Both the position numbers and the translations under genes were made by a program. The notes below the pieces were generated by a model. It was not told the DNA's origin. It ran no database searches and was given only the letters and a program-made list of their open reading frames with translations. A DNA stretch of 64,000 nt from Folioceros fuciformis (Eukaryota): the NCBI GenBank assembly GCA_049999805.1, contig JBNGIO010006185.1, forward strand, positions 199,775 through 263,774, read 5' to 3'. This document shows positions 20,780 to 33,028 of the stretch, piece by piece (the stretch's first letter is position 1; every line of letters starts with the position of its first letter).

Positions 20780-22922
20780 TAATCGATTGGCGTGCCTTTC
20801 ATTTTTAACCATCATATTCCTCATCGGGGCAGGAAAGGCCTTCCAACTCAACTCAACTGATCCATTGGGTCTTTCACTTTCCGTCAATATGATATTGTTG
20901 CTCTCATCATCATATATGTACCTTAGGGTTCACCAATCTCACCTATTTTTTTCCTTTTTTCACTTCTGATTTCTTATTCAACTTCAAACTATGGGTGATG
21001 GCAACATTGGCTGGATTAATGACACGGGGCATATGTCATTGCTCCTTCATGCAAAAAGTCTACAAAGAAACTTCAGGCTATGCTTCGTGTGGCATCGGAG
21101 TGGGCCTCCACACACTTCGTGGAATTCGATTCTAACAAAATTGAACTTATTCATTTTTCCCTGAAGCGTAAGGAATCAACAAAGGAATGTACTCTTTCGT
21201 TACCCGATGGTTCCCTTATCACTCCCTTCGAGTGTATTAGGTTTTTGGGCTTCTATTTGGATTCCAAGTTAACTTGGAACACGCATGTTCATCAGGTTTC
21301 GGCTTCCGCAATGCGTACTTTGTCAGCTATTATCTCTCTTGGGAATTCAGTTTGGGGCCTCAATGCCAAGCTTCTTCGACAATTATACATTAGTGTTGTC
21401 CTGCCCAAGCTCGATTACGGCTGCAATGTCTGGTCCAACGGAGGTCGTACATACATTCAACACCTCCAACGGGTCCAACGTCTTGCCTGTAAGGCCATTA
21501 CTGGTGTGTTTCGAACTATCTCCACTGATGCCCTGGAATTTGAAGCTTTTCTTCCGCCCACAGAGTTGCGCCTCCAACGCCATTCTCTCCGTTCTCTCTT
21601 GCGGAACGTCTCCTGCCCTCCCTCTCACCCCATCCATCAAGTCTTTCTTCCTACGACTAACTACAAAAAACACTACCACAATGCTATCCGTAGTCGCCTA
21701 ACACTCCTTTCCCCTAGTACTCTGTACTCCACTTTAGGCCTGCCCACCTCCACTGCCATTCAGACTATTTTTCCTCGACTCGTACCTCCCTGGGCCTCTC
21801 CTCTTTTTTTACCCACAACCATCGTAATTTTACAATCTCCCACTTCTGCTATTGCCTCACATTCCCTACATCTTTTGACCCCTGATGCCCTTGCCATTTA
21901 CACTGATGGTTCTCTTCTGGATGGTCAGGCTAGGGGCGCGGCTATTTTCTACTTTGAAGGGGATATTGTCCATCAATTATCTTTGGTTTAGAAACATACT
22001 ACGGGGTTTATGAGGCAGAACTCCTCTTTGTGGTCAAAGCAATTTCATGCTTGCCCACCCTCTTTGCTTCCATCCCCAGGATTTCGTCAGTTACAATTTT
22101 CCTTGATAATCAAGCAGCTATCATGTCTTGAACGGACACTTCGGCTCGCCCAGCCCAAGCCATATCTCTCCAAGCTAGGACATCTCTCCATGCCTTCTCA
22201 GTAGCTCATCTGGAGGCTTCCCTTAATCTCCACTGCATTTCAGGCCATCATAATATAGTTGGTAATGAGCATGTAGATGTAACCGCTAAGGCTGCCACTC
22301 TTCTTCCCATTTCCCGCGAAGACCGGATTCTATCAATGTCCAGAGCTCGCCAGCAAATTCATGCTGCAATTCTACAGGAGTGGCGTTTATGGTGGTTTTC
22401 CTCAACTAAGGCTTCTGCACTTAAGAGGGTGGTGCTTGGTGGCCCTTCAGCCTCGGTGCTACAACACCTTGGTCTCCATAACCGTAAGCTTTCATCATTT
22501 CTCACCTAGCTTCGGACTGGGCATATGGCTATTGGTGCTTACTTTAGGAGATTCAACATTGCAGAGGATCCATTTTGTCGGAAATGCAGGTCTTCAGAAG
22601 AAACTCGTCACCACATCCTTGGCTAGTGTATGGCCACTCGCAACACTTGGATCCAGGCGTTTCAAGGCTCTTACTACGATATCCGCCAACTTCTTAGTGT
22701 TCCCAAACTCAGGGAAAAGCTTCTATCTTACTTCAAGGCGATTGGCGATTACTTAACTTAGGCTTATTGACATAGCTATCTAGATTTGCTATTTTGTTTG
22801 CTCTAATCCTCTTTCTTTTGCGCTTTCCCAAAGTGTCCATTCAATCATGTTTTTGATTCACGTTCCGTCGTCATAGCCTCACGGCTGCATACGCCTAATG
22901 ATAAATAAATAAATAAATAAAT
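20780..22922 (+). mobile_element. 5'-truncated, degenerate non-LTR retrotransposon (LINE with RT, RNase H and Cys-His knuckle; Tad1/I-group-like) with 13-bp TSD
   Basis: TSD aagatgtccagca at 20767-20779 and 22923-22935; (TAAA)n tail at 22901-22922; remnant RT GSPISP; IRFLGFYLDSKLTW; RNase H AIYTDGS...GHHNIVGNEHVD; RTGH..CRKC..ETRHHI. Several stops and frameshifts. Confidence 0.93.
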
Positions 22923-23080
22923 AAGATGTCCAGCAGCTTTCTCCGAACCGACAAACTCCTTATCCCTCACCAACACTGACTGTGAATTTCGACGTTCATA
23001 GGGTCATTTTGCGACATTTCTGACACCAATTTTATTATTGGGGTTGCTCTCGAGCCAGTCTCTAAGCTCTTGCACCTACG

Positions 23081-23190
23081 CGCAACACTTTAAAGTGAGG
23101 CCTCTCCTTACCTTCGAGCCAATAGTCCCTTTCGTGCAACACTTTAAAGTGAGGCCTTTCCCTACCTTCGAGCCAATAGTCCCTTTCGTG
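23081..23190. repeat. About 55-bp direct duplication within a probable LTR-element remnant
   Basis: gcaacactttaaagtgaggcct..ccttcgagccaatagtccctttcgtg occurs twice. Confidence 0.8.
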
Positions 23191-23709
23191 GCACCAACCC
23201 ACTAAAGTGAAACGAGTCACTGTTCAACCTTTCACAAGACAAGAGCCACCCATCGAGGTAACCCAGCCCTCGTAGAGATGCCCTGTTTAGGCATTCCAAT
23301 TGTGGCTCTTCAAACTCTATGTTTGCTTGATTGGCAAGGAAATCCAAGGATTTTTACACGACACAATTGTGAGCTCGCCAAAGACACAACAAATCACATA
23401 GATGATAAATAAACAAGAAAGACAAGATCACACAGGAGATAAATATTCTAAGGAATTGGATGCACATTGTTTTGATTTGAAGAAGGACAATACTCCTTTG
23501 TGCATCAAGCAATACCATTTGAATCTACCATACTTGCAAGTACTCTTAAGACTAGTTAGACCAATATTTGGATGTAGGAATGATGGATCATGTCTTGATC
23601 AGCAAGAAGATAGCACCTTTTATCTTTGCACCTGGGATGCATTTGCTAAGACTGTGCACTAAACTCAATGGTTGGTAATGTATAGTTTTTTGACAAGGGT
23701 TTAGGGTTA

Positions 23710-24312
23710 TAACCAAACTTGGCTAAGGAAGGAGAATGAGCCCAAAATATCCTTCACTGAATCTGGCTAGGAAGGAGAATGAGTGTGAAACAACGTTCAC
23801 CAAATCTGATTAGGAAGGAGTATGAGCAGGAAATAACCTTCACCAAATCTGACTAAGAAAGGAGGATGAGCACTAGACAACCTTCTCTGAATCTCACAAA
23901 AGAAGGAGGATGATCACCGAACAACCTTCACCAAATCTCACAAAGGAAGGAGGATAAGCACCAAATAAGCATTGCCAAATCTTGTAGAGGAAGGAGGATG
24001 AGCAACAGACAAACCTTCACCAAATTTTGAAGAGGAAGGGGTATGAATAGCGGACAGCCTTCACCAAATCTTGCCAGAGGATGAGCACCGGACTATGTTC
24101 ACTAAATCTTGCTCGCTGAGGAAGGAGGATGAGAGGATGAGCACCGGACTATGTTCACTAAATCTTGCTCGCTGAGGAAGGAGGATGAGCTCTGGACGAC
24201 CTTCACCAAATCTTGCTTGCTGAGGAAGGAGGACGAGCNNNNNNNNNNCTGGACGACCTTCACCAAATCTTGCTTGCTGAGGAAGGAGGACGAGCACTGG
24301 ACGACCTTCACC
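23710..24312. repeat. Minisatellite of 43-48 bp units (about 13 copies, spans an N-gap)
   Basis: Recurring ttcaccaaatct...ggaaggaggatgagc. Copies become more homogeneous toward 24300. Confidence 0.9.
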
Positions 24313-24849
24313 CGCGTACCACACTTACTCTCTCCTTTTAGCTCTATGTCCTGGTTCCTTTAGTCATTACTTTTATTTTATTTTATGGAACTTTGGGAAT
24401 TGAAAGCGTAATACATATTCGGTTCGAGACCTTTCCATCTTGGCAGGTTCTTCTGTTGGCCGTCGATTCTGGTGCTTAGATAGCTGCCTACCTGGGTTGG
24501 TATGGCTGCCCATGCCGATCTTCGTTCGATGGATCGTGGTAGAGAACTTCCCGATTTTACCCTAAATCCTAAACCCGAGATTTAGATCCGGAGCGGCAGC
24601 AACTAGGCATGGGCTGGATTTGTTCAAACATGGTGGATGTCTGAACGAGCGTTCGTTGCCACTGTGGATATCGCATCCCAGGCGAGAAATGAGGAGGTTG
24701 GAAAGGCGTACGGTCTTTGAACGATGGCCCCAGAATGAAAACCAGACCCGCTGTACAACCAGCAAATAGGGGTGTGTCCAGGGATTCTTCCAGGAGCACC
24801 CGCTCACCTCAGCTTAGGGGTTCAACTCCTGGCAAACAACAACGAGTTC

Positions 24850-25824
24850 ATGACCACAAAGGATGTGGTTACATGGACTGCCCTGAGTGCTGGCTACGTG
24901 GAGCACGGGCTCGGACATGAGGAGCTTGTTGTGTATGGGCAAATGGAGCAGGAGGGCCTGGTTTCGGCTGACCATGATACTTTTGCTTGCCTTCTGGAGG
25001 CCTGTGGAAGCATTGTTGCCTTACAGAAGGGCAGACAGAATTCCCAGGTTGTCAAAATGGGACTCCTGGATGATGCAGAGGTGGGCTCCTGCCTGGTGCA
25101 CATGTGCTTTTTGGACAGCTTGGCCACAAAGAAGGTAGGGACGTGTGGACTACTCTCATTGCTGGGTATACACAGCGAGGACTCAGCCAAAATGCGCTGG
25201 TTGCGTAGGGACAAATGGAGTAGGCAGGCTTTACTTGGGCTCACAAAGTTCCTCTTGCTTCCTTTCTGAAGGCCTGTGGAAGCACTGGTGCGTTACAGAA
25301 GGGCAGGCAGCTGCACTCACTGACGGTCGAAGGAGGACTGCAAGATGACCTAGTAGTGGGCACCTGCTTGGTGGACATGTTAGATTGTTAAGCACAATGC
25401 TTAGCAGGAGCGAACAAGAAACCTGCAGTCACTACCATCGAGGTGAATAAGCAGGTACATAGATTTGTGGTGGGAGAACGGAGAGAGGATATTGCGCTCA
25501 AGGTAGAGAGCACTAACGCGCGTCTGAAGCACGAAGGAGGCCACGTACCTCACACGAAGGTGGTGTTGAATTCAGCCACTGTCTGAGAAGGAAAAGGAAG
25601 ATGCACTTTTTGGACATGCTGAGAAGCTAGCTCTGGCTTTTGGCCTCTTGAACACTCCCTGTGGAATACCTCTGGTGGTAACCAAGAATCTACGCATGTG
25701 CAGCGACTGCCACAGCTCCACGAAGATCATATCAAGGCTTGAACAAAGAGACATTGTTGTAAGGGATGGCTACCGTGCGCATTGATTCACAAACGGTCAC
25801 TGCACTTGTCAGGGGCGACCGTGA
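24850..25824 (+). pseudogene. PPR-DYW:KP pseudogene with GRP terminus
   Basis: Broken PLS repeats (KDVVTWTALSAGY, TFACLLEACGS), then AGANKKPAVTTIEV..EGGHVPHT, a frameshift near 25570, GHAEKLALAFGLL..KNLRMCSDCH, a premature TGA at 25783, and CTCQGRP*. Confidence 0.9.
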
Positions 25825-27263
25825 GAAAACGAGGGGGCTATCCAAGGCTCCACCGTGCACAGCACTCAAGGATGGCTTGTGCTCCTTTGGGAATTCCCAT
25901 CCAACGGCTGCCCTTTAGTTTCCACAGGATTGAAGGAAGCCGTAGGCTACGTACCTGCCTTTGATGCCCTGGAAGTGAGGAACCCAACCTCAGTGAATTC
26001 CAGCTTCCGTATCAATCTTGCATGGAAAGACCTGAAGCGTCCGGCCGGTCTGAGCTTATGTGTCTCTGAACTGAGTTCAGAGTTCGTTGAAGAAGCCTTT
26101 GTCAAGATCCATACGGAGTTGGTCGATGTTTTGAGCTCCCAAGGGCCTGAATCTTTGGCTGGCTGCTGCGCGCAGCAGGGTGCGCTCGTGTCGATGGAAT
26201 TGCAGGAGAAATTGGCTCTACACCACAAGCAGCAGGCGAAGCTGCCGACCTCGATTTCCAAGACAGGTCGTCCGGCTAGTCAGCAAACCAAGCCTTCCAC
26301 TTCCGCTTCCAAGAAGCCGCTTCAGCCCCCTCCGGCGACACAGCCCGTGATGCAATTTGGAAATCGTTTGTCCTTCGCCAGAATCGGAGACGCTGGACGA
26401 CCGTGCTACGGGGTTGGGCACATTCCACCTTCTGTAAAGCTAATACAGGTGTGTACACAAAATGGCGCGTAACACCTAAGGCGAGTAAAAATTGATGGGA
26501 TGAAACGTTTTTGCCTACATAGCCAAGCAGTCATTTGCGTGCAAGAGACATCATTTTTTGTTCGCGAACATACACATACGCATGGTGAGTCCTTGGCCAC
26601 CATGGCATAGGCATGATGAGCTATAATCCCTTGCCATCACATGTTTCTAATTTATAACCATACTGAATGCTATTTTCTGGCCATAATTTTGCCTAGGTAC
26701 AGTGGAGTAGCTCGCTACATCTAGAGGAGATGACACAAAACACAAGAACCTAGCTGGGAGGAACTACAATGGATTTTGAACTCTCTTTACACTTGGTCTA
26801 GTTAATAGACTAATCTGCTAACAAACTCTTTACACTTGGAAAGTTATTAGCCAAGAAACTGGTTCCCACACATTATTAGCCAAAACACTTGTTCTAAACT
26901 TTAGCACTACAGCATTATTAGCCTAGGGACAGGAGTAAGCGTTTGCAGAGACCGACTCTACTAACCCACTTTGAGTTTCGCCTGTAGAACAGGAAGCTGG
27001 CCTCCTCCGACCCCGATTTCAGGAACACATGGTTAGGCCTGCCTAGGGTACACATCTAGGGTTAATGACAAACATCTATGAAAAGGGGTTCATACTTCTC
27101 CTTTGATGCAGACCTCATTTTGGCGGCTGAACGTTTGATGAAGACATCAGTCCCAACGTATGGTTGCGTGTAGAGAGGAAGTATTTGGTCTACGCATGTC
27201 TGTCGATGATAAAAAAATAACTGATTTGTGGTAAGAAGAGACGCACCCAGGAGTGAAAGAGCA

Positions 27264-28418
27264 TCAGACCAGATGCCTTGAGCTGAGATCAAAGTGATAA
27301 GGTTGACAGTCACCATTCCACTTCGTAGTCCACTTGTCCTGAAAAGGAACACACCACCCTTGCCACTTCTTGAGAGCGACATGATAGCACACCACATGTT
27401 TCACCTTGGTGCTCAAGGGCCCCAAAATGATAAAACTGCTGCATATGAGGCCCCGGGAGGATACTACTTTTTGAGTACTCCAAGATGTGTAGCCCCACTC
27501 TCCAAGCATGGTTTTCATCTCCCCTTCGCCCAGCTCTGCAATCTTGTGGCGACGCATGGTCCACAAGTCTATTTCATAAATCCGCAGCCTTGGCTTGCTC
27601 CTGCTACGCCGTACACGGTAAAGACAGCCCTGATGCTTGACAAGACCAAAGTGGCCGCGCCAGTAGCTTGTGCGCCTGGACAAGATACAGCTGCAATAAG
27701 CATCTTCCACAAGCTGCCTCCTTGTTTGCTCTGGCAGCACCATTTGGCGACGAGCTGCAACTCCATCCACATATCTGACAGGAATCGACTCCACAAACGT
27801 CCAGCTACAAGTCCTGGAATCGTAGGCGTGCAACCTTGGAGTCTGGACTATAGTCCAATCGATCGTCCCGCACCCAACAAACAGCTTGTAGGAGTCATGA
27901 TAGACAAAGAGAGTTGCAAAGAGCACGTTGAAAGTGTCAGGAAGCTCCAGTTCTGGCAGTTGCTTGAATCTCCTGGTGATAGGATTACAAATATAGAACG
28001 GCTGCTGGATATTACACAGCACATCTTCCTTCCATCGTGCCAAGCAGAGAAGGCCGCTTGCTGCGGAGCAAGGATAAAGGCCGTCCGCCGGAAGATAGGG
28101 CAGACTCCATTTGATTTCCTTTATAGGTTCTGGAAGACTAAGAGGTCCAGCCTTGCCTTCCTGTTCATTCAACATCACCATACATGGAGGAGGGGTAGAC
28201 AGGCCACTCCACTCGTCCAGAAACCGCGCATCAGACAACAAGTGGAGCCAGGACTTGCAAACTGTACGAAACCGCAGCAGCTGCCGGAGGGGCAATAGCG
28301 TCAGTATCTTCTCCAGGATCTCCTGCGGCAACCAGCTCCACACTGCAGGGTCCATACTCACAGACTCCTCTCCCTCTGATTCCACACCATCTAGCAGAAG
28401 CCCGAAATACGTGCCCAT
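27264..28418 (-). CDS. F-box protein, intronless
   Basis: MDPAVWSWLPQEILEKILTLLPLRQLLRFRTVCKSW; ASGLLCL..ICNPITRRFKQLP. Confidence 0.88.
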   Translation of the reverse strand: MGTYFGLLLDGVESEGEESVSMDPAVWSWLPQEILEKILTLLPLRQLLRFRTVCKSWLHLLSDARFLDEWSGLSTPPPCMVMLNEQEGKAGPLSLPEPIKEIKWSLPYLPADGLYPCSAASGLLCLARWKEDVLCNIQQPFYICNPITRRFKQLPELELPDTFNVLFATLFVYHDSYKLFVGCGTIDWTIVQTPRLHAYDSRTCSWTFVESIPVRYVDGVAARRQMVLPEQTRRQLVEDAYCSCILSRRTSYWRGHFGLVKHQGCLYRVRRSRSKPRLRIYEIDLWTMRRHKIAELGEGEMKTMLGEWGYTSWSTQKVVSSRGLICSSFIILGPLSTKVKHVVCYHVALKKWQGWCVPFQDKWTTKWNGDCQPYHFDLSSRHLV

Positions 28419-29765
28419 GGTCGCCAAACCAGCCTGGATTCGCAAATACGCACAGAATGAGAGCCCACCCTAAATTTAGCCATGTTCATAACCAGCAAGC
28501 CGACTTCATTTCCACGACGGATATACCACCCTTCCTCCAGTCACAACACTGTAAAAAGGACAAAAAAAATGGAAATAACACCATCCCGTGCTTCTGCCAA
28601 TACCTAGCTCTTCTGCACGGATCTCGGCACCAGCAACGCAGTCCTCAGAACCTCTACACCTCTCTTCGTACACCTGGCCTAGCAGCTGCCTTCTTCACCA
28701 AACGCTACCTCAAAGGAAAACGAAACCACCTGCGACACAAACCAAATCAGAAAACCCAAGCCAAGTCCTCGAACAGTCCAACAACAATTCCACCTTCCAC
28801 GCAGCCACTATCTCAAACGGGCCCGCCTACGCGGCCAAGGCTACTAACCCTAATCCTGAGACTCCGCCCGAGGGCACAAGGCTGGACATATTTCGGCTAC
28901 CACCAGGAAAGAGAAAGAATTCTATTCACAAGCTCCATGGAAACCCGACCAACTCAGCCTTGGAAACTGATCACGACAGGGCTCGAAACATACCTTTTCC
29001 GTTGAGTGCGGAACACGCCATCGATCCAGCTCCAGCTCCCGTTCCAGCTCCGCCTCCGGCTCAGCTCTACAATGCCCACGGGTGCGCTGTTGTTGAGCTC
29101 CCTTACCGGCAATCCCGCTTCGCCCGCAGCGCTGGGCTGCTGCCCACGCCGCTAACCGTGAGCCTGATGCGAAAGGATTTAAGCGTGCCATTGCCTGGGT
29201 TTAAATCCCTCGGCGTCAGGCCCGTGGTAAGTCGTTTCCCCTCGGCTTGACGCACAACGGGAACTGTAAACGAAAACGGTGACATTGAATCATGCTCCGG
29301 CGCTAATTGCCTTAATGACAACCTGGACAGCGCCGGCTCCGACGACGTCTAAATTAGACGGCGCGTCGTCCATTCTCGACCGATTCCCTCGAACGGAGTC
29401 GATGGGAGCGTGATCGCTGCCGATTCGCACTGGAGAATGTTGAACCAATTCTAAGAGGTGTAAGGTGCGCTGATCTCGAAGTACACAGCGGATTACCGTC
29501 TTCAGATCTCTGTACATACAGTACAAGGCCAATCCTGTATTCAATGCTGAAGTCTTTGTTTCCCACGAGTTTGCTTGACTTGATTGACATGCTGGAACCT
29601 CGTGTCTTGCGAGGCCGTTGTGTGAAAACGTCACAAATTCCTTTGTTGAGCAGGAATACTATCGGGAAGGAAGCTGGCTGCAGGCGCAAGGGAGCAGGCT
29701 CTCTGCCACTCTACAAAACCTGAGGAAAGCAACGCTTGCAGTTGTCCTCCTCTTCCCCGGGTAAG

Positions 29766-32700
29766 ATGTCTCGGTTCCAAATGTGGATGCTTCTTCTGGC
29801 CCTGATTTGCTGCCGGAGCAGCAGCATTCACATTGGAAGCGCGGTTGTGGAAGGCGTTCCCACTGGCAGCTCGTTTGTGTCCAGCTCCCGACATTATCTG
29901 CGTTTTTTGTCCACGATGCATTTGCCAAGCTCTGGTATGGACTAAATCCGTCACTCCTTTAGTCTACGATTAGCTTGGTCTTGCATCCGCATGCTTGACC
30001 TAATGTATGATTTGCAAGGTGTTTAAGGCAATGTCATTGACAAGCACTCGGCGCCTGATGATTCTGCGCAAGGAGATAGTCGCATGCAGAGGCTTACCAG
30101 GCGTCGCTTTGTTGAAGAGTCTTCAAATTTGGTGTCTGGTGGGTCATTATCTGTCATCTGAGCAGTTGTCTGCTGGTATCATGTACTTCACCCCCGTACT
30201 GCATGGAATTCGCTAAGACGAGACAGTGTGCTTGTCCTTTCATATGCAGGGGCATGCGTTCTCAAGGAAGATGCGGAGGACAGTCCGGATGCTATCGAGC
30301 GATCTGTCCTGTTAGAACTCAAGGCTTCCGTTACCAAAGACCCTAGTGGAGTCTTGCGAAGCTGGCAAGACTCCAATGACAGTGCATCGCATTGTACCTG
30401 GGAGGGGATCCAGTGTGACAGGCAATGCCGTGTGGTGTCCCTGAATTTGGCTAATAGGTTGCTGGAGGGTACTATTACCCCAATGCTGGGGATCTTGTCT
30501 GGCTTGACTAGTCTGAACTTGTCCGGAAACCATTTTCATGGACAAGTTCCGGCAGAGCTGGGGCATGCTACATCCTTGAGGACGCTGGATCTGAGTGTGA
30601 ATGACGGCCTTTCCGGCTCAGTTCCAGCTGCACTCAGTAACATCACAAATCTGGAGATTCTCATGCTGTCCAATCTTTCGTTGACAGGATCTGTTCCCGC
30701 AGTTCTGGGTAGACTGCAGTCATTGAGGATATTGAACTTGGCATTCAATCAGCTGTCTGGTCCCATTCCTAGTGCGCTAGGCAGGATGTCCTCCCTTTCC
30801 GTTCTGAATTTGTCTTGGAATTGGTTCATAAATGGAAGCATTCCGGCGCAGCTTGGAAACCTGACAAGGTTAGATACTCTTGATCTGTCAGGATGCATTT
30901 ATCTCACGGGCGGCATTCCTTCGGAATTGGGGCATGCAACATCGTTAAGGAACTTGTATCTGAGCAACAGTCAGTTGTCAGGCTTCATTCCTGCGGCCTT
31001 CGGAAATCTTACCAATTTAGTGCATTTAAATCTGCGCAACACCCTCCTAAGTGGCACCATACCAAGCGCACTGGGAAGATGCCACAAGCTTGCCGTCTTT
31101 GCTCTGGGCTGGGATGCCTTGCTGGAGAAAGGGTACATTACCGGTGAGATTCCGGAAGGTTTGAGGAATTGCACGTCGCTCAGGGAATTGAGGCTGCGGG
31201 GCAACCGATTGACAGGTACAGTTCCTCCAATTCTGGGCATGCTGTCTGGTTTAGCCTACTTGGACTTGGGGATGAACAATCTCACAGGCACAATCCCCAG
31301 CACATTTGGCAACCTGAGTCGTTTGCAACTCCTCTCCCTGGGTGCCAATGATCTCCACGGGCAGATACCTGGGGAACTGCAGCAGCTGCGAATGCTGCAA
31401 GGCATAGGCCTGGACATCAATCGGCTTTCAGGGCCCTTGCCTGATTGGTTCGGCAACTTCACGCACATGTGGGGAATCGGTGTTGGGTTCAATCAACTCA
31501 CTGGAAGCATTCCACTGGACTTACCAGCAACATTGACATGGTTTAACATTGCAGGCAATCCGATGTCGGGATCGATACCTCGATCAATGGGCAACCTCAC
31601 CAGGCTGGAATCCCTTGTTCTCATGGGCACCGACTTGAGTGGTCCTATTCCACCAGAACTATCGAAGTGCTGGAAGCTGAAGTTTCTCACGATCGGGCGA
31701 GCATCAGACTTGTTCAATAAAAGCAACATCAGTGGCGTGATACCCGAGGAACTGGGGCAGCTGAGATTTATGGAGTTTCTGTGGTTGAGTTGGACGCAAT
31801 TGACAGGACCCATCCCTCCTTCTCTTGGCAATTGCAGCCGCTTGGTGAACCTGACCCTGCATTCCAATTCTCTAACAGGGTCTATCCCCTCCTTTCTCGG
31901 CAGTCGTCAGACTCTGGCATACCTCAATCTAGCAGACAACCAGTTGACTGGGCAGATACCTGAGGAACTCTTCCAGCACGGTGGAATCATATCCCTTCAC
32001 CTTGCGCACAATCATCTCACAGGTCCAATCCCTGGGAACATTGGAGATCTTCATCAACTCCAGGTACTGTACGTGAACGACAACAACCTGACTGGTCGGA
32101 TTCCCTCGTCCCTCAGCAACTGCCCCAACCTCCAGCAACTGGATCTTTCAGGGAATGATCTGGAGGGGGATGTCTTCTCCGACGCTCTTCAACCCCTCGT
32201 CAGCACGATCCGCCTATTGAACCTGTCTAAGAACAGGTTTACAGGCACAATTGCCGCCTGGTTGTCCAACGCAACCATGTTGCGCATCCTAGTGCTATCG
32301 GGAAACCGATTCAGCGGTGAGCTCCCACAGAATCTATCAGCTCTCCAGGGGTTCACAGACCCACACAATCACACCATCTTTCGAGACGATTACTCCAACG
32401 ACTATGCAGGTCTAGAGGTCACCACCAAGGGCACCATCCAGAACTACACCCGCCTCTACTACTCCACAACCATCCTGGACCTGTCCGACAACTCCTTCGA
32501 GGGCACAATCCCCGTCGAGATGGGCAATCTTCTCTACCTGCGCTTCCTCAACATGTCCCACAACAGGCTCACGGGAGAGATCCCCTCCACTCTCAGCAAC
32601 CTCAAGGAGCTGGAGCAGATGGACTTGTCAAACAACCAACTCACAGGATCTATTCCATCATATGTGGGAGACCTTGACCTGCTCAGTGCCTTCAATGTCT

Positions 32701-32996
32701 CCTACAACAATCTGTCAGGACCCATCCCAGGCACACCCAAATTCTCCCGCTTTGAGGAGTGGTCATTTGTGGGCAACCCCAACCTGTGCGGCCCTCCTCT
32801 CCACTCTCAATGTAAGCTTCCACCAGCAGGTCAAGCTCCCCTAGCCCCGCCTTCATCTCCACAACCAGCATCCCAGTTCATGCTAGATTCCATCTCACTG
32901 GCAGGCTTCTGTGTGGGATTTAGCGTGGCCTTCATCACCACCCTGAGCTTCCTTCTCTTCACCCACAGGGGATGGTCGTACATCAACGTATTGTAG
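29766..32996 (+). CDS. LRR receptor-like protein (no kinase); exon 1 29766-29934 (signal peptide), exon 2 30250-32996
   Basis: Signal peptide MSRFQMWMLLLALICC; in-frame phase-1 GT-AG intron; LRRNT HCTWEGIQC; many LxLxxNxLxGxIP repeats; island domain before the last LRRs; GNPNLCGPPL; transmembrane segment GFCVGFSVAFITTLSFLLF; short tail. Confidence 0.92.
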
Positions 32997-33028
32997 TGGA
33001 TAGCGTTTATACAGTACATACAACAATA

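Noticed and set aside
20701-20802. ORF-track start of the KP-PPR at 20802 as the ancestral start codon
   Set aside because: That ATG lies inside the LINE beyond the TSD, and the reconstructed empty site has no in-frame ATG there.
25855-26472. 205-aa ORF downstream of the GRP pseudogene
   Set aside because: Non-ATG start and no recognisable domain. It may be a gene fragment, but this cannot be supported.
27294-28298. 334-aa antisense ORF over the F-box gene
   Set aside because: It has no recognisable motifs and is explained as a shadow of the sense CDS. The same applies to 57874-58893, 43263-44246 and 2942-3670.
28457-29250. Overlapping 182-aa and 220-aa ORFs
   Set aside because: Low-complexity Pro/Ala/Thr-rich sequence with no family motifs or convincing start.
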